From an uncultured delta proteobacterium (GTDB lineage Bacteria; Myxococcota_A; Polyangia; Polyangiales; Houyiibacteriaceae): DNA of 64,000 bases. Shown piece by piece: positions 22,428 to 31,436 of this stretch. Every line of letters starts with the position of its first letter. The first letter of the stretch is position 1. The DNA lies in the NCBI GenBank assembly GCA_963699755.1, contig CAVOVB010000001.1:96001-160000 (forward strand). The letters run 5' to 3'. Below the pieces are notes generated by a model. The model was not told the DNA's origin. It saw only the letters and a list, made by a program, of their open reading frames with translations, and did not search any database. The translations under genes were made by a program, and so were the position numbers.

Positions 22428-22997
22428 ATGCGTTTGTTCTTCGTGCTCTTGATCGGTCTTGCGAGCTTCGCCCAAACCAGCGAGGCCAGAGCCTGCTCTT
22501 GCATGAAAATCAGCCCTTCGGAAGCCCTCAGCTCGGCCTATGCGGTCTTCACGGGGCAGGTCACGAAGATCGAGCCGAACACAGCCACTGGGTTTGGAGG
22601 GATCGAAATCACGCTCCGTGTAAAGAAGCTCTGGAAAGGCACGCTCGACGAGCAGGTCGAGGTGCATACCGCGGGAAACAGCGCGGCCTGCGGGTACGGA
22701 TTCGCGAAAGGCGAGACCTACCTGGTCTATGCTGAGCGTGATGAAGCCGACCCCATGCGAGTCAGCCTCTGCAGCCGGACCTCGCTCGTTGCCAACGCAC
22801 AAGAGGACCTCGACTTCCTCGGTAAACCCTCGCAACGGTTCGACGATGCGACCGGGCGCCGCAAGAGCACGCACGGCGAAGCCAACATGAAAGACAACTG
22901 CAGCGCATCCCCCGGTCCCGCAGGCCGCACTGGCCTTGGGTGGGTCGTGCTCTTGCTCGCCACGAGCGCAACCCTCGCGCGACGACGCATCGCTTGA
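22428..22997 (+). CDS. TIMP/NTR-like secreted protein with a MYXO-CTERM-like tail
   Basis: Signal peptide then ACSC, AVFTGQV, CGYGF..GETYLVYA, LCSRT. C-terminal Cys-linker-TM-RRR. Confidence 0.7.
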   Translation: MRLFFVLLIGLASFAQTSEARACSCMKISPSEALSSAYAVFTGQVTKIEPNTATGFGGIEITLRVKKLWKGTLDEQVEVHTAGNSAACGYGFAKGETYLVYAERDEADPMRVSLCSRTSLVANAQEDLDFLGKPSQRFDDATGRRKSTHGEANMKDNCSASPGPAGRTGLGWVVLLLATSATLARRRIA

Positions 22998-23018
22998 CTC
23001 GCCCCTGAAGGACTCGGT

Positions 23019-24131
23019 TTGCACTGGATCATCCACGCATTTGTGCCGCTCGCGTTCGGGGCGTTGCTCGTGTGCCTGCTCGGCTGCAGCACGACCCCAG
23101 CGAAGCCGTCGCTGATGGCGAACATGGCGCAAGAAGACGTGACCGTCGCGCAGCTGCGAGCCCTGGACTACGAGTACGCGGCCCGCTTTGGTCAGCTCGT
23201 ATCGAGCGCGGCCCTCGATATCGTCGAAGCGAGCGATCAGCTCGAGGTCTTCGATTACGCGTACCAGTGGCAGATGTGGGCTGCTTCACAGGCGCGTGCC
23301 GCCGCATTCGACCGGGACCCTTTCGCCGGGATGCTGGAGCTCTGGGCGCTCGCGGGGCAGCAGCGCGACCACTTCACCGAAGGTGGGGGTAAGGACGCGT
23401 TCGGCGGGCAGCAGGCAATCGCCATCGGCACCACCGAGCGGCTGGAGCGGGATATCCGGGAAGTCGCCGCGGCTGTGATGGCACCCGAAGCGTTCGAAGC
23501 CCTGAGCACGAAAGTCGATGCGTGGGTCGAGGAGCATCCGATCGAGGGCCGGCTTTTCGTGCGGCCCACGGCGAGCGCAGACCTGGCAGCATTGATTCCA
23601 GCCGAGAAGCAAGGCGGCCTCAAAGCCGTCGGCAGCATCGAGGATACATTTCGCGACCTGAACGATCGACTGGCGATTCTCGCCGCACAGCTGCCCGTGG
23701 AGATGCGCTGGCAAGTTGAGTATCTGACGAATTCGTTGTTCGAGGAACGTCTCGAGGCGCCCGTGGACGAGCTGGTCGTCACCATGAACAAGATCAACGG
23801 CTTCCTGGACCGGTTCGAGGGGACGATTGATGGACAGGTGTCGACACTTCTCGATGCCGTGCAGAGCGAACGTCTCGCGGTGTTCGAGGCCGTCGCCGAG
23901 GAGCGGGCCACGGTGCTGGCGGCCATCGAGCAGGAGCGCATCGCGGTGATGAACGAGCTCGACTCCCAGCTGATCTCCGCCACCGCCGGGCTCAACGACG
24001 TCGGAAAGGGTCTGATCGACCACTTCTTCGTTCGCCTGATCGAGGTTCTCGCGGTGATGGGCGTCGTCACGATTCTCACGGTCCTGCTGGTGCTGGTCGT
24101 CCTTCGAAAACGTCGCACCGGCGACGATTGA
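23019..24131 (+). CDS. Hypothetical lipoprotein with a coiled-coil and C-terminal TM helix
   Basis: Lipobox LLGC, helical body, hydrophobic tail followed by RKRR. Confidence 0.6.
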   Translation: MHWIIHAFVPLAFGALLVCLLGCSTTPAKPSLMANMAQEDVTVAQLRALDYEYAARFGQLVSSAALDIVEASDQLEVFDYAYQWQMWAASQARAAAFDRDPFAGMLELWALAGQQRDHFTEGGGKDAFGGQQAIAIGTTERLERDIREVAAAVMAPEAFEALSTKVDAWVEEHPIEGRLFVRPTASADLAALIPAEKQGGLKAVGSIEDTFRDLNDRLAILAAQLPVEMRWQVEYLTNSLFEERLEAPVDELVVTMNKINGFLDRFEGTIDGQVSTLLDAVQSERLAVFEAVAEERATVLAAIEQERIAVMNELDSQLISATAGLNDVGKGLIDHFFVRLIEVLAVMGVVTILTVLLVLVVLRKRRTGDD

Positions 24132-24162
24132 CCCTGCGCCACGAAACGAATATGTCCGTCCT

Positions 24163-25008
24163 ATGGATCTGGTTTCGTTTCGAGAGACGGCTGAGCGGTA
24201 CTCGGTCATTTTTCTCGACGCCTATGGCGTTCTGAAGAGCTCGAGCGGGCTCATCGATGGCGCCCTGGAGGTGGTCGCTTCCTTGATCGACGTAGGCAAA
24301 GAGGTCTTCGTCGTCACCAACGATTCGTCCCGGTCGCCAGAGTCGATGGCCGAACGGTACACGCAGCAAGCCGGACGCGAGCTCTTGCCGTCCGATCGCT
24401 ACATCTCCTCGGGGTTGCTCGCAGCCGAGTACCTCGAGAACCAAATTCCCTACGGCAAGGTCGCCTATCTTGGGAAGCCCGACTCCGCGCACTACATCGA
24501 AATCGCCGGCAAGATCCCGGTTCCCATTTCGGACTGCAGCCCGAAAGACAACATCGTGGCGATCGTAATCCTCGATGACGAGGGTTTCGACTGGTTCCGC
24601 GACGTGAACGCGACGCTCAATCTGATCCGTCGCACAAACGTGCCAGTCATCGTCGCAAACGCTGACATCACCTACCCCACCAGGGGTAACGACATCGCGA
24701 TCGCAGTCGGCAGCCTCGGCCAGCTTCTCTCGAACATCACCGAAAAGACTTTCGTCCGCTTTGGCAAACCGGACTCGATGATGTTCGCGTACTCCCTAGC
24801 TCGAGCCCGCGCACAGCTCCCGAACGTCACCAAGCGCGATGTCCTCTTCGTAGGTGACACGCTGCGAACGGACATCATTGGGGCTAACACCTACGGCTTC
24901 GATACCACCCTGGTCCTCTCAGGCAACACCTTGCCAGAAACGGCCGACCTGATGATCAAGAGCTCGGGCATCATCCCGACGTACATTAGCGCGTCGATCG
25001 CAACCTAG
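24163..25008 (+). CDS. HAD-IIA family hydrolase
   Basis: FLDAYGVL, VTNDSS, FGKPD, VGDTLRTDIIGAN. Confidence 0.88.
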   Translation: MDLVSFRETAERYSVIFLDAYGVLKSSSGLIDGALEVVASLIDVGKEVFVVTNDSSRSPESMAERYTQQAGRELLPSDRYISSGLLAAEYLENQIPYGKVAYLGKPDSAHYIEIAGKIPVPISDCSPKDNIVAIVILDDEGFDWFRDVNATLNLIRRTNVPVIVANADITYPTRGNDIAIAVGSLGQLLSNITEKTFVRFGKPDSMMFAYSLARARAQLPNVTKRDVLFVGDTLRTDIIGANTYGFDTTLVLSGNTLPETADLMIKSSGIIPTYISASIAT

Positions 25009-25021
25009 TCCCGGGGCGCGG

Positions 25022-26065
25022 CTACAGAATCTCGAGAAGGGGCTCGAAGTCTGCGAGCTCCAGCTGGGGCAGGTAGTCGTGCACCGCCTCCTGCTGCAAT
25101 CGGTAGCAAATGTCGGGCTGGAAAAAGTGCTCGCCGACCCGGAGGACGTAGTTCAGGATGAAGAAGCGGTACGCCTCTTTGAGGAAGAGGAGCTCCTCTT
25201 TCGTGAGTCGGTGAACCTCATGGTAGGCGCGTAGGAATTTCATGAAGCGCTCGTCGAAGAACGGGTCGACCGTGTAGCTGAACGCGGTCTGGTCGCCCTC
25301 GGCGCGAACGACGCGGGCGCAGAAATAGAAATCGAGCATCCTGGGCTCGATCCGGAACCAGTCATAGTCCCAGCGCGAAAAGAACTTGAAGCCGTCCCCG
25401 TCCATGCCGACGGAGAAGTTCCCCAGGTTCCAGTCGATCAGGACGGGGATCTTCGTCCACTCGTGGTAGCCGAGGTCATCCGCGTTGCCTAGAAAAGCGT
25501 CGCAGTGGGCGCGGACGTAGCTGATCGACGAGTCCGAGAAACCCCGCTCGCGGCGCCACTCCGAGCTGCCAATCGCGTCGTGCAGACTCGCCACGTCCGC
25601 ACCGAGCGACTGCCAGGTCGGTCTCACCCGATCCGAAATCTCGAAGCATGCTCGATGGAAGAGCCCCATCTCTTGGCCCAACGACTCGATCTGCCCGTCG
25701 GTCAGCACCTTTGGAAGGAAGTCGTAGAAAGGCTGCTGAGCGTAGAACACCACCCACTCGTCCTCCTCGCGGTAGGTGAAGACCTCGCCGTTCTTGAGAA
25801 GCACCGGCGCCAGAAACGATGCGTAGCGCGTTCCGCGAAGCCGATGAATCCACTCGTGGATTCGGTAGTGGTCCTGTCGAAAGTGAACGTACGAGCCGTA
25901 GCTCGACCGCTTCGCCACCACGGCGTGCCCGTCTTCGAGCTCGAGCAGGTACACCGAGTTGGTCGAGACTTTGGCGCTGATCTCCCGTACCTCGACCACT
26001 TCCCGGTGATCCCCGTAGGCATCCCAGGCGGCGATCACGATGGGTGGGACAGCGGGCTCAGTCAC
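25022..26065 (-). CDS. APH/kinase-like fold protein
   Basis: VVAK lysine, LIDWNLGNFS (HxDxxxxN-like), WDYDW (DFG-like). Confidence 0.55.
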   Translation of the reverse strand: MTEPAVPPIVIAAWDAYGDHREVVEVREISAKVSTNSVYLLELEDGHAVVAKRSSYGSYVHFRQDHYRIHEWIHRLRGTRYASFLAPVLLKNGEVFTYREEDEWVVFYAQQPFYDFLPKVLTDGQIESLGQEMGLFHRACFEISDRVRPTWQSLGADVASLHDAIGSSEWRRERGFSDSSISYVRAHCDAFLGNADDLGYHEWTKIPVLIDWNLGNFSVGMDGDGFKFFSRWDYDWFRIEPRMLDFYFCARVVRAEGDQTAFSYTVDPFFDERFMKFLRAYHEVHRLTKEELLFLKEAYRFFILNYVLRVGEHFFQPDICYRLQQEAVHDYLPQLELADFEPLLEIL

Positions 26066-26082
26066 GCTCGAGTGGGCGCTTC

Positions 26083-26994
26083 TTACGCCTGCGCGGCGTA
26101 GAGGTCCATGATGTCGTGCAAGAGCTTGACGGCATCGGCCTCGGACCGCTGGAAGGCGTTGCGCCCCACGATCGAGCCGTAGCCACCGCCCTTCGCAATT
26201 TGCGAGATCTCCTCGAGTACCGCGTCGGTGCCCTTGGCTGCGCCACCCGAGAAGATGACGATGCGCTTGCCGTTGAACGCGGCCTGCACGACGTGCTTGA
26301 TGCGGTCGGCCAGGGTGTCGATGGGGATGTTCTCGTAGCTCTTCCTGGCTGCGTCCTGAAAGATCACCTTGCTTGGGGGCTTGACCTTGACGACATGCGC
26401 GCCGAGCTGGCAGGCGATCTGTGCCGCGTAGGCCGCAACATCGATGGCCGTCTCCGCCTCTTTTGGCATGTTGCCACGTGGGTAGGACCAGACGATGCTC
26501 GGCAGACCGACGGCGCGCGCCTGGCGGATGAGGTCGCGAAGGTCTTGGTACATCTGATTGCGAAGGCCGCTGCCAGGATAGATCGTGAACCCGATCGCCG
26601 AGCAGCCGAGCCGAACCGCGTCATCGACGGCAGAGGTCAGCGCGGAGCAGGGCGTGTCCGGTCCACCGAGCGAATCGCTGTTGTTCACCTTCAGGATGAG
26701 CGGAAGCTCACCGGCATAGCGATGCGCGATCGACTCGATGAAGCCTAGGGGCGCCGCGTAGCCGTTACAACCTGCCTCGACTGCGAGCCTGGGATGATAG
26801 GCAGGGTCGTAGCCGGGAGGGTTCGGCGCAAAAGATCGGGCCGGCCCATGCTCGAAGCCCTGGTCGACCGGCAAGATCACGAGCTTGCCCGTTCCAGCGA
26901 GGCGCCCCGTGTTCATCAGTCGCCTGAGGTTTCCAATGATGCCGGGATTTTCACCTGCGTAGTTCGCGAGGATTTTTTCGACTCGTTCACTCAT
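26083..26994 (-). CDS. fbaB: Class I fructose-bisphosphate aldolase (DhnA/FbaB family)
   Basis: ILPVDQGFEHGP, WSYPRG, AHVVKVK, SGG, GRNAFQR. Confidence 0.9.
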   Translation of the reverse strand: MSERVEKILANYAGENPGIIGNLRRLMNTGRLAGTGKLVILPVDQGFEHGPARSFAPNPPGYDPAYHPRLAVEAGCNGYAAPLGFIESIAHRYAGELPLILKVNNSDSLGGPDTPCSALTSAVDDAVRLGCSAIGFTIYPGSGLRNQMYQDLRDLIRQARAVGLPSIVWSYPRGNMPKEAETAIDVAAYAAQIACQLGAHVVKVKPPSKVIFQDAARKSYENIPIDTLADRIKHVVQAAFNGKRIVIFSGGAAKGTDAVLEEISQIAKGGGYGSIVGRNAFQRSEADAVKLLHDIMDLYAAQA

Positions 26995-27105
26995 GCCCTA
27001 GCCTCCGTTTCTGGCGAAGGACCTTAGCTCAGAGACGGAGATCGGCCATCCAAATCGGAGTGACATTCGGGCGCAAGCCTTTTGCCTCGGTCCGCCTATG
27101 AGGGC

Positions 27106-27633
27106 CTATTCCAGAGCCGTGGCTACCCAATTCCCGGAGCAGAGCTCTTGGCCTACGAGAATGGAACCCTCACCGGATGCGGTAAGGCCGTCGAAGGTGC
27201 CGCTGATATCGAAATAGCCGCGCGGATCTCTCAGCCGAAAGGCGCCATCCACGACGGGGATATCCGGCGCATACGAAAGGAAGCCATCGCATTGTGCGAA
27301 CGCGATCTCGAGCGAAAACGCCTGACAATCCTTAGCGGACTCCACAGCCTTGGTCAGCGCGGTCCCGTCCGCGTTGAGGTGGAAGCAGATCTCCCAGGGC
27401 GCGCCGGGGCCGGTGTCGCCGGAACCCGTCCAGAGCCCTTCGACCGAAGCTTCGCTGCCGCCCGAGCCACCCATGCCAGCAGCGCCACCGACGCCGCCTG
27501 CGCCTGCCTCACCAGCCACACCGCCGGTCCCGGCAGCCGCGTCACCGCCGCCGTCCGTCGAGCCGCCGCATCCAGCGGCGGGAACGAAGACCAGGGCCCA
27601 CACGCCCAGCCCAATTCCGATGAATTTCTTCAA
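27106..27633 (-). CDS. Hypothetical lipoprotein with a Gly-rich linker
   Basis: Probable TTG start (MKKFIG), lipobox AAGC, GGxGG linker typical of myxobacterial exported proteins. Confidence 0.6.
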   Translation of the reverse strand: MKKFIGIGLGVWALVFVPAAGCGGSTDGGGDAAAGTGGVAGEAGAGGVGGAAGMGGSGGSEASVEGLWTGSGDTGPGAPWEICFHLNADGTALTKAVESAKDCQAFSLEIAFAQCDGFLSYAPDIPVVDGAFRLRDPRGYFDISGTFDGLTASGEGSILVGQELCSGNWVATALE

Positions 27634-27674
27634 TGCGCCCCCATGAATCGCTTCCTTCCCACAGTCTAGCGTAC

Positions 27675-27689
27675 GCACCAAGCGCGCCA
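27675..27689 (-). promoter_or_regulatory. Possible sigma-54 promoter
   Basis: Minus strand TGGCGCGCTTGGTGC, GG-N10-GC, upstream of the lipoprotein gene. Confidence 0.45.
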
Positions 27690-27755
27690 ACTCGGGCACG
27701 ACACGGTGGATCTAGCTCGCGAACAGGCCACTCGAGCCCGCCCGAGAGACAGGGA

Positions 27756-29552
27756 CTATGCGTAGAAAGCGGCGATCTCCGAGGCGTACTTCTCGTTCAC
27801 GACGTTGCGCTTCACCTTGAGGGTCGGCGTCAGCTCGCCCCCATCCACGCTGAATACGGTCGGGAGAACCTGGATCTTCTTGATCGTCTGGTAGCGGGCG
27901 ACCTTGGAGTTGCAGAGCTCCTGCACCTCCTTTTCGATGTAGCGCTTCACGTCTGCGTTCCGGGCCGCGGTTTCGACGTCGCTCAGGCCGGAAATCTGAG
28001 AGGCCACCTCGAGCTCCGGCAGGGCCTCGGGGTCGAGGACGATCAAGGCCGACAGATAGGGTTGCCGATCGCCCACCACCACGGCCTGCCCAACACCGGG
28101 GATCGCCTGCAGGTAACCCTCCATCTCGGCGGGCGCGACGTTCTTGCCGCCGGCCGTGATGATGAGGTCCTTCTTGCGTCCTGTGATCGAAATGTAGCCC
28201 TTCTCATCGATCGCACCTAGGTCGCCGGTGTGCATCCAGCCCTCGTCGTCGTAGAGCTGGGCGGTCTTGTCGGGGAGGCGATGGTAGCCCTTCACCATGT
28301 TGACGCCCTTGAGCATGATCTCGCCGTCCTCGGCGATCTTGGCTTCGACGCCGGGAAGCGGCTTGCCGATCGTCCCGAACCGGAGCTTTCCGTACGGCTG
28401 CACGGAGGCAAAGGCCGTGGTCTCGGTCATCCCATAGCCTTCGTGAATCGGCAGGCCGATCGAAGCGAAGAACTCGAGCGTCGAAACCGAAATCGGCGCG
28501 GCGCCACTGACCGCAACCTGCAGTCGATCCAAGCCGAGCGCTTCCTTGATCTTGGAAATGACGAGCTTGTTGGCGAGACTGCGGGAAATGCTCGTCACCG
28601 GACGACCCGTCGCGGCCTCCTGCTTGAAGGCCTCGAGCTCCGTCTTTCGCGCCCAGCTTGCAAGCTTGGTTTTGATGCCGGTGGCCTCGGCGAGCTTGCC
28701 GCGAAGCGCGGCCTCGAACTTCTCCCAAACGCGGGGAACGGCGAGGAAGAACGTCGGGTGCACTTCGACGAGGTAGTCTTTGATCTGCGTGAGGTCGCTG
28801 CAGTAGAACGTTTCAGACTTCAGCGTGAGCCCCGCGAAGTTGGTCATCCCCTGTTCCGCGGCATGGCAGAGTGGCAGATAACTGACCGCGCGCGTCTCGG
28901 TCTCGAGAAGCGTCGGAAATACCTCGGCCACAGCATTGGCGATCAGCTCGATCCCCCGATGGGTGAGCATCGCCCCCTTGGGCAGCCCAGTCGTGCCCGA
29001 CGTGTAGATCAACAGCGCGACGTCGTCCGTCTCGACCGCGTCGAGCCGCGCGTCTAGCTCCGCGTCGCTGATCGAATCGCCCTTCGCCATCAGCCCAGCG
29101 AGGGTGATCACCCGAGGGTCGCGCGAGCCGAGGTCATCCATCGTGACGATGTGCTCGATCGGACTTTCCCCTTTGGCGATCGAGAAGAACTTGTTGAGCT
29201 GAATCTCATCGTCACAGATGACGATTCTCGACTGCGCATTGTTGATGATGTAGGCCATCTGCTCCGGCAGAAGCGTCGTATAGAGGGGCGCCGGAATTCC
29301 CTGAGCGGCGTTGATCCCGTGCTGGCAGATCACCCAGTCGCGCCGATTGGCCCCGACGATCGCCACGCATTCCTCAGGCTGAAGCCCTAGCGCCATGAGC
29401 CCCTTCCCCACCCGCCGAACGCTGTTCCAGTACTCGGCCCAGGTCGAGGTCGCCCAGCCCCCATTCGAGTCCCGATCGTGAATGGCGGGATCGTTCGGGT
29501 GCGCGTCGGCCCAACCTTCGATCCGCGAAAGCATCGTTCCTTGCAACGTCAT
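27756..29552 (-). CDS. Long-chain fatty acid-CoA ligase (paralog 1)
   Basis: IYTSGTTGLPKG, EGYGMTE, HTGDLG, GRKKDLIITAGGKN, ELTPTLK. Confidence 0.92.
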   Translation of the reverse strand: MTLQGTMLSRIEGWADAHPNDPAIHDRDSNGGWATSTWAEYWNSVRRVGKGLMALGLQPEECVAIVGANRRDWVICQHGINAAQGIPAPLYTTLLPEQMAYIINNAQSRIVICDDEIQLNKFFSIAKGESPIEHIVTMDDLGSRDPRVITLAGLMAKGDSISDAELDARLDAVETDDVALLIYTSGTTGLPKGAMLTHRGIELIANAVAEVFPTLLETETRAVSYLPLCHAAEQGMTNFAGLTLKSETFYCSDLTQIKDYLVEVHPTFFLAVPRVWEKFEAALRGKLAEATGIKTKLASWARKTELEAFKQEAATGRPVTSISRSLANKLVISKIKEALGLDRLQVAVSGAAPISVSTLEFFASIGLPIHEGYGMTETTAFASVQPYGKLRFGTIGKPLPGVEAKIAEDGEIMLKGVNMVKGYHRLPDKTAQLYDDEGWMHTGDLGAIDEKGYISITGRKKDLIITAGGKNVAPAEMEGYLQAIPGVGQAVVVGDRQPYLSALIVLDPEALPELEVASQISGLSDVETAARNADVKRYIEKEVQELCNSKVARYQTIKKIQVLPTVFSVDGGELTPTLKVKRNVVNEKYASEIAAFYA

Positions 29553-29694
29553 GGTCCCTCCCTGAAGAGGTGGCTACGCTACTCGATCCGGAGCGGGGAT
29601 CCTAGTCGCGACCGCTGACACGGGCACTGGCGCTGGCGCGGGCACTGAGGCTGGCACTGGCACCGTCTGCAGCCCGCAGCGCCACAGCCCAAAA

Positions 29695-29718
29695 TGGCGG
29701 AGGAGGAGGGATTCGAAC
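29695..29718 (-). repeat. att core, displaced copy of the tRNA-Ser(TGA) 3' end
   Basis: TGGCGGAGGAGGAGGGATTCGAAC, identical to 40442-40465. Confidence 0.95.
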
Positions 29719-29824
29719 ACTCCGCGAATTGACCCTCTAAACGAGATCACCGGGTTTTTAGTCAGGGCACCGCATGAGCGGGGCCGCAAAAACCCCAACG
29801 AAAGCCGAGAGCGCGCCGAGGGCG

Positions 29825-29842
29825 TGACACCGGCCGTGACAC
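29825..29842 (+). repeat. TGACAC tandem pair, candidate integrase arm-type site
   Basis: TGACACCGGCCGTGACAC, matching TGACACCGGCATGACAC at 40390-40406. Confidence 0.6.
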
Positions 29843-29950
29843 TTCCGGCGCACCGCATTGGTGCGGGCGCCTACCCCAATTGCAAAGAGCCGGCCTCCAT
29901 CACAAGGCCGACTCCCTTTTGCGTGCCCCAAGCACGCTCATGGATCACAG

Positions 29951-30286
29951 ATGTCCAGACCATACAGACAAACCGCCAATTCGTCCAGACGACAGCTCAC
30001 GCTCCTACGCGATGACGGCATCGAACATCGCGTGCTCAAGCGGGCCTGCGACGAAATCAGAGACCGCCCGACCACGGCGCCGCTTTGGATTTTCCGGGTC
30101 GCCCAACACCAGCGGGCCGGGCGGCTGCCGTATCGCAAAGCCTGGGACCGGCTCTATGAGGCCGGGCTACGGGCTGGGATGAGTGAACAGCGGATCACCC
30201 GGCACCTGTATTCTGGCTTCGCGCTGGCGAACGCCTTCAAGAGCGAGCCGCCCGAGCTCCGCGCGCTGGCAGGGGGGCTGCAATGA
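29951..30286 (+). CDS. Hypothetical protein (element)
   Basis: ORF coupled by an ATGA overlap to the next gene. Start uncertain. Confidence 0.55.
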   Translation: MSRPYRQTANSSRRQLTLLRDDGIEHRVLKRACDEIRDRPTTAPLWIFRVAQHQRAGRLPYRKAWDRLYEAGLRAGMSEQRITRHLYSGFALANAFKSEPPELRALAGGLQ

Positions 30287-30468
30287 CCCGCGCCGACGAA
30301 ATGATCGCCTGCGCGCTCGAGTCGCTGGTCGACGACGGGATCTTCGTTCGAACCGGCGACCTGAACGACCACGGCGATCCCATCTACAAGCTGGCTCCCG
30401 GGCTCGAACGCCTAAGCGCCGGCGAGCTCGAGGCGCTGGCTGACTGCATCGGAGAGTGGAAGGCGTGA
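30283..30468 (+). CDS. Small hypothetical protein (element)
   Basis: 61 aa. Overlaps the upstream stop (ATGA) and the primase start (GTGA). Confidence 0.6.
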   Translation: MTRADEMIACALESLVDDGIFVRTGDLNDHGDPIYKLAPGLERLSAGELEALADCIGEWKA

Positions 30469-31436
30469 TCTCCATCGTCCGCAACCGATTCGTGAAGGGC
30501 TGGCCCCGTCACGATGACGGAGAACCCGTCTACGTGCGTGAGCTTGGCGAGGCGCTGCCCCGTCCGTATCGCACCGATGCTCACTTCATGGCCTACGCCT
30601 CGCCCAACGCTCGCAGGCTGACGCGCGAAGCCCTCGAGCAAGGCGTCACGGCGCCGATGTCTGCGATCGTTTTCGATGTCGATTGCGCTGACGTTCACGG
30701 GACCAGCGAGCCCGCACCGCAGAGCTGGCGGGATGCGTTGCTCAAGAAGATCGCGCGACTCTCCGAGGTTCACCCTGCCCCGTACACCTACGGAACCCGC
30801 GGCGGTGCCCGCATCCTGTACCGGCTGCCCGAACCGTTCGAGATCAAGTCCCACGATGATGCGCGCCAATGGTCGCAGCTCTACGCGGTGGCGCTGGCCT
30901 ACCTCGCGCGACGGTTCGGCATCGGCGCTGACCCTGCGTGCCACGACTGGCAGCGGTTGTTTCGACTCCCATTCGCAACGCGCGAGCCGGATGGGAAGCC
31001 GGAAGCCTGGCCGACCCTGGGCGACCCGCACAACATCGGGACGCTGAGGATTCACGCGATGGTCGACGACGTGAAGGCCGCGCGGGCGAGCTCGAAGGCG
31101 TTCTCGAGGAGCCGGATTTCGGACGTCACCCTTTGCGCCTCGAGCGGCGAGGGTTTGCTGTACCACCTACTCCGCGCGCGCGGCGATATTCTCCGCGAGC
31201 ATACGCAGCCGGGCGCCTACGTCGTCCGATGCCCAAGGGAGTCCGAGCATTCAACCGGGCGCACCGGAGATGGATCGACTCTGCTTTACCTGCCCGCGGT
31301 GGGTGAACAGGTCGGCGCCATCCATTGCCTTCACGCGCATTGCTCGAACCTGAGCGTGCGTGATTGGGTGCGGTGCTTTGAGGACCGCGAAGTACAAACG
31401 GCCCGACGCGCGGCCGGGATTGAGAGGGCTGCGTGA
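30465..31436 (+). CDS. AEP-superfamily primase with a C-terminal Zn-binding domain
   Basis: IVFDVD (motif I), YGTRGGARILY (motif II variant), DPACHDWQRLFRLP (motif III), C-terminal CP...H...CLHAHC. Confidence 0.75.
   Translation: MISIVRNRFVKGWPRHDDGEPVYVRELGEALPRPYRTDAHFMAYASPNARRLTREALEQGVTAPMSAIVFDVDCADVHGTSEPAPQSWRDALLKKIARLSEVHPAPYTYGTRGGARILYRLPEPFEIKSHDDARQWSQLYAVALAYLARRFGIGADPACHDWQRLFRLPFATREPDGKPEAWPTLGDPHNIGTLRIHAMVDDVKAARASSKAFSRSRISDVTLCASSGEGLLYHLLRARGDILREHTQPGAYVVRCPRESEHSTGRTGDGSTLLYLPAVGEQVGAIHCLHAHCSNLSVRDWVRCFEDREVQTARRAAGIERAA

Noticed and set aside
29695..29718. Additional tRNA gene
   Set aside because: Only the 3' 24 nt are present. It is the att duplication.
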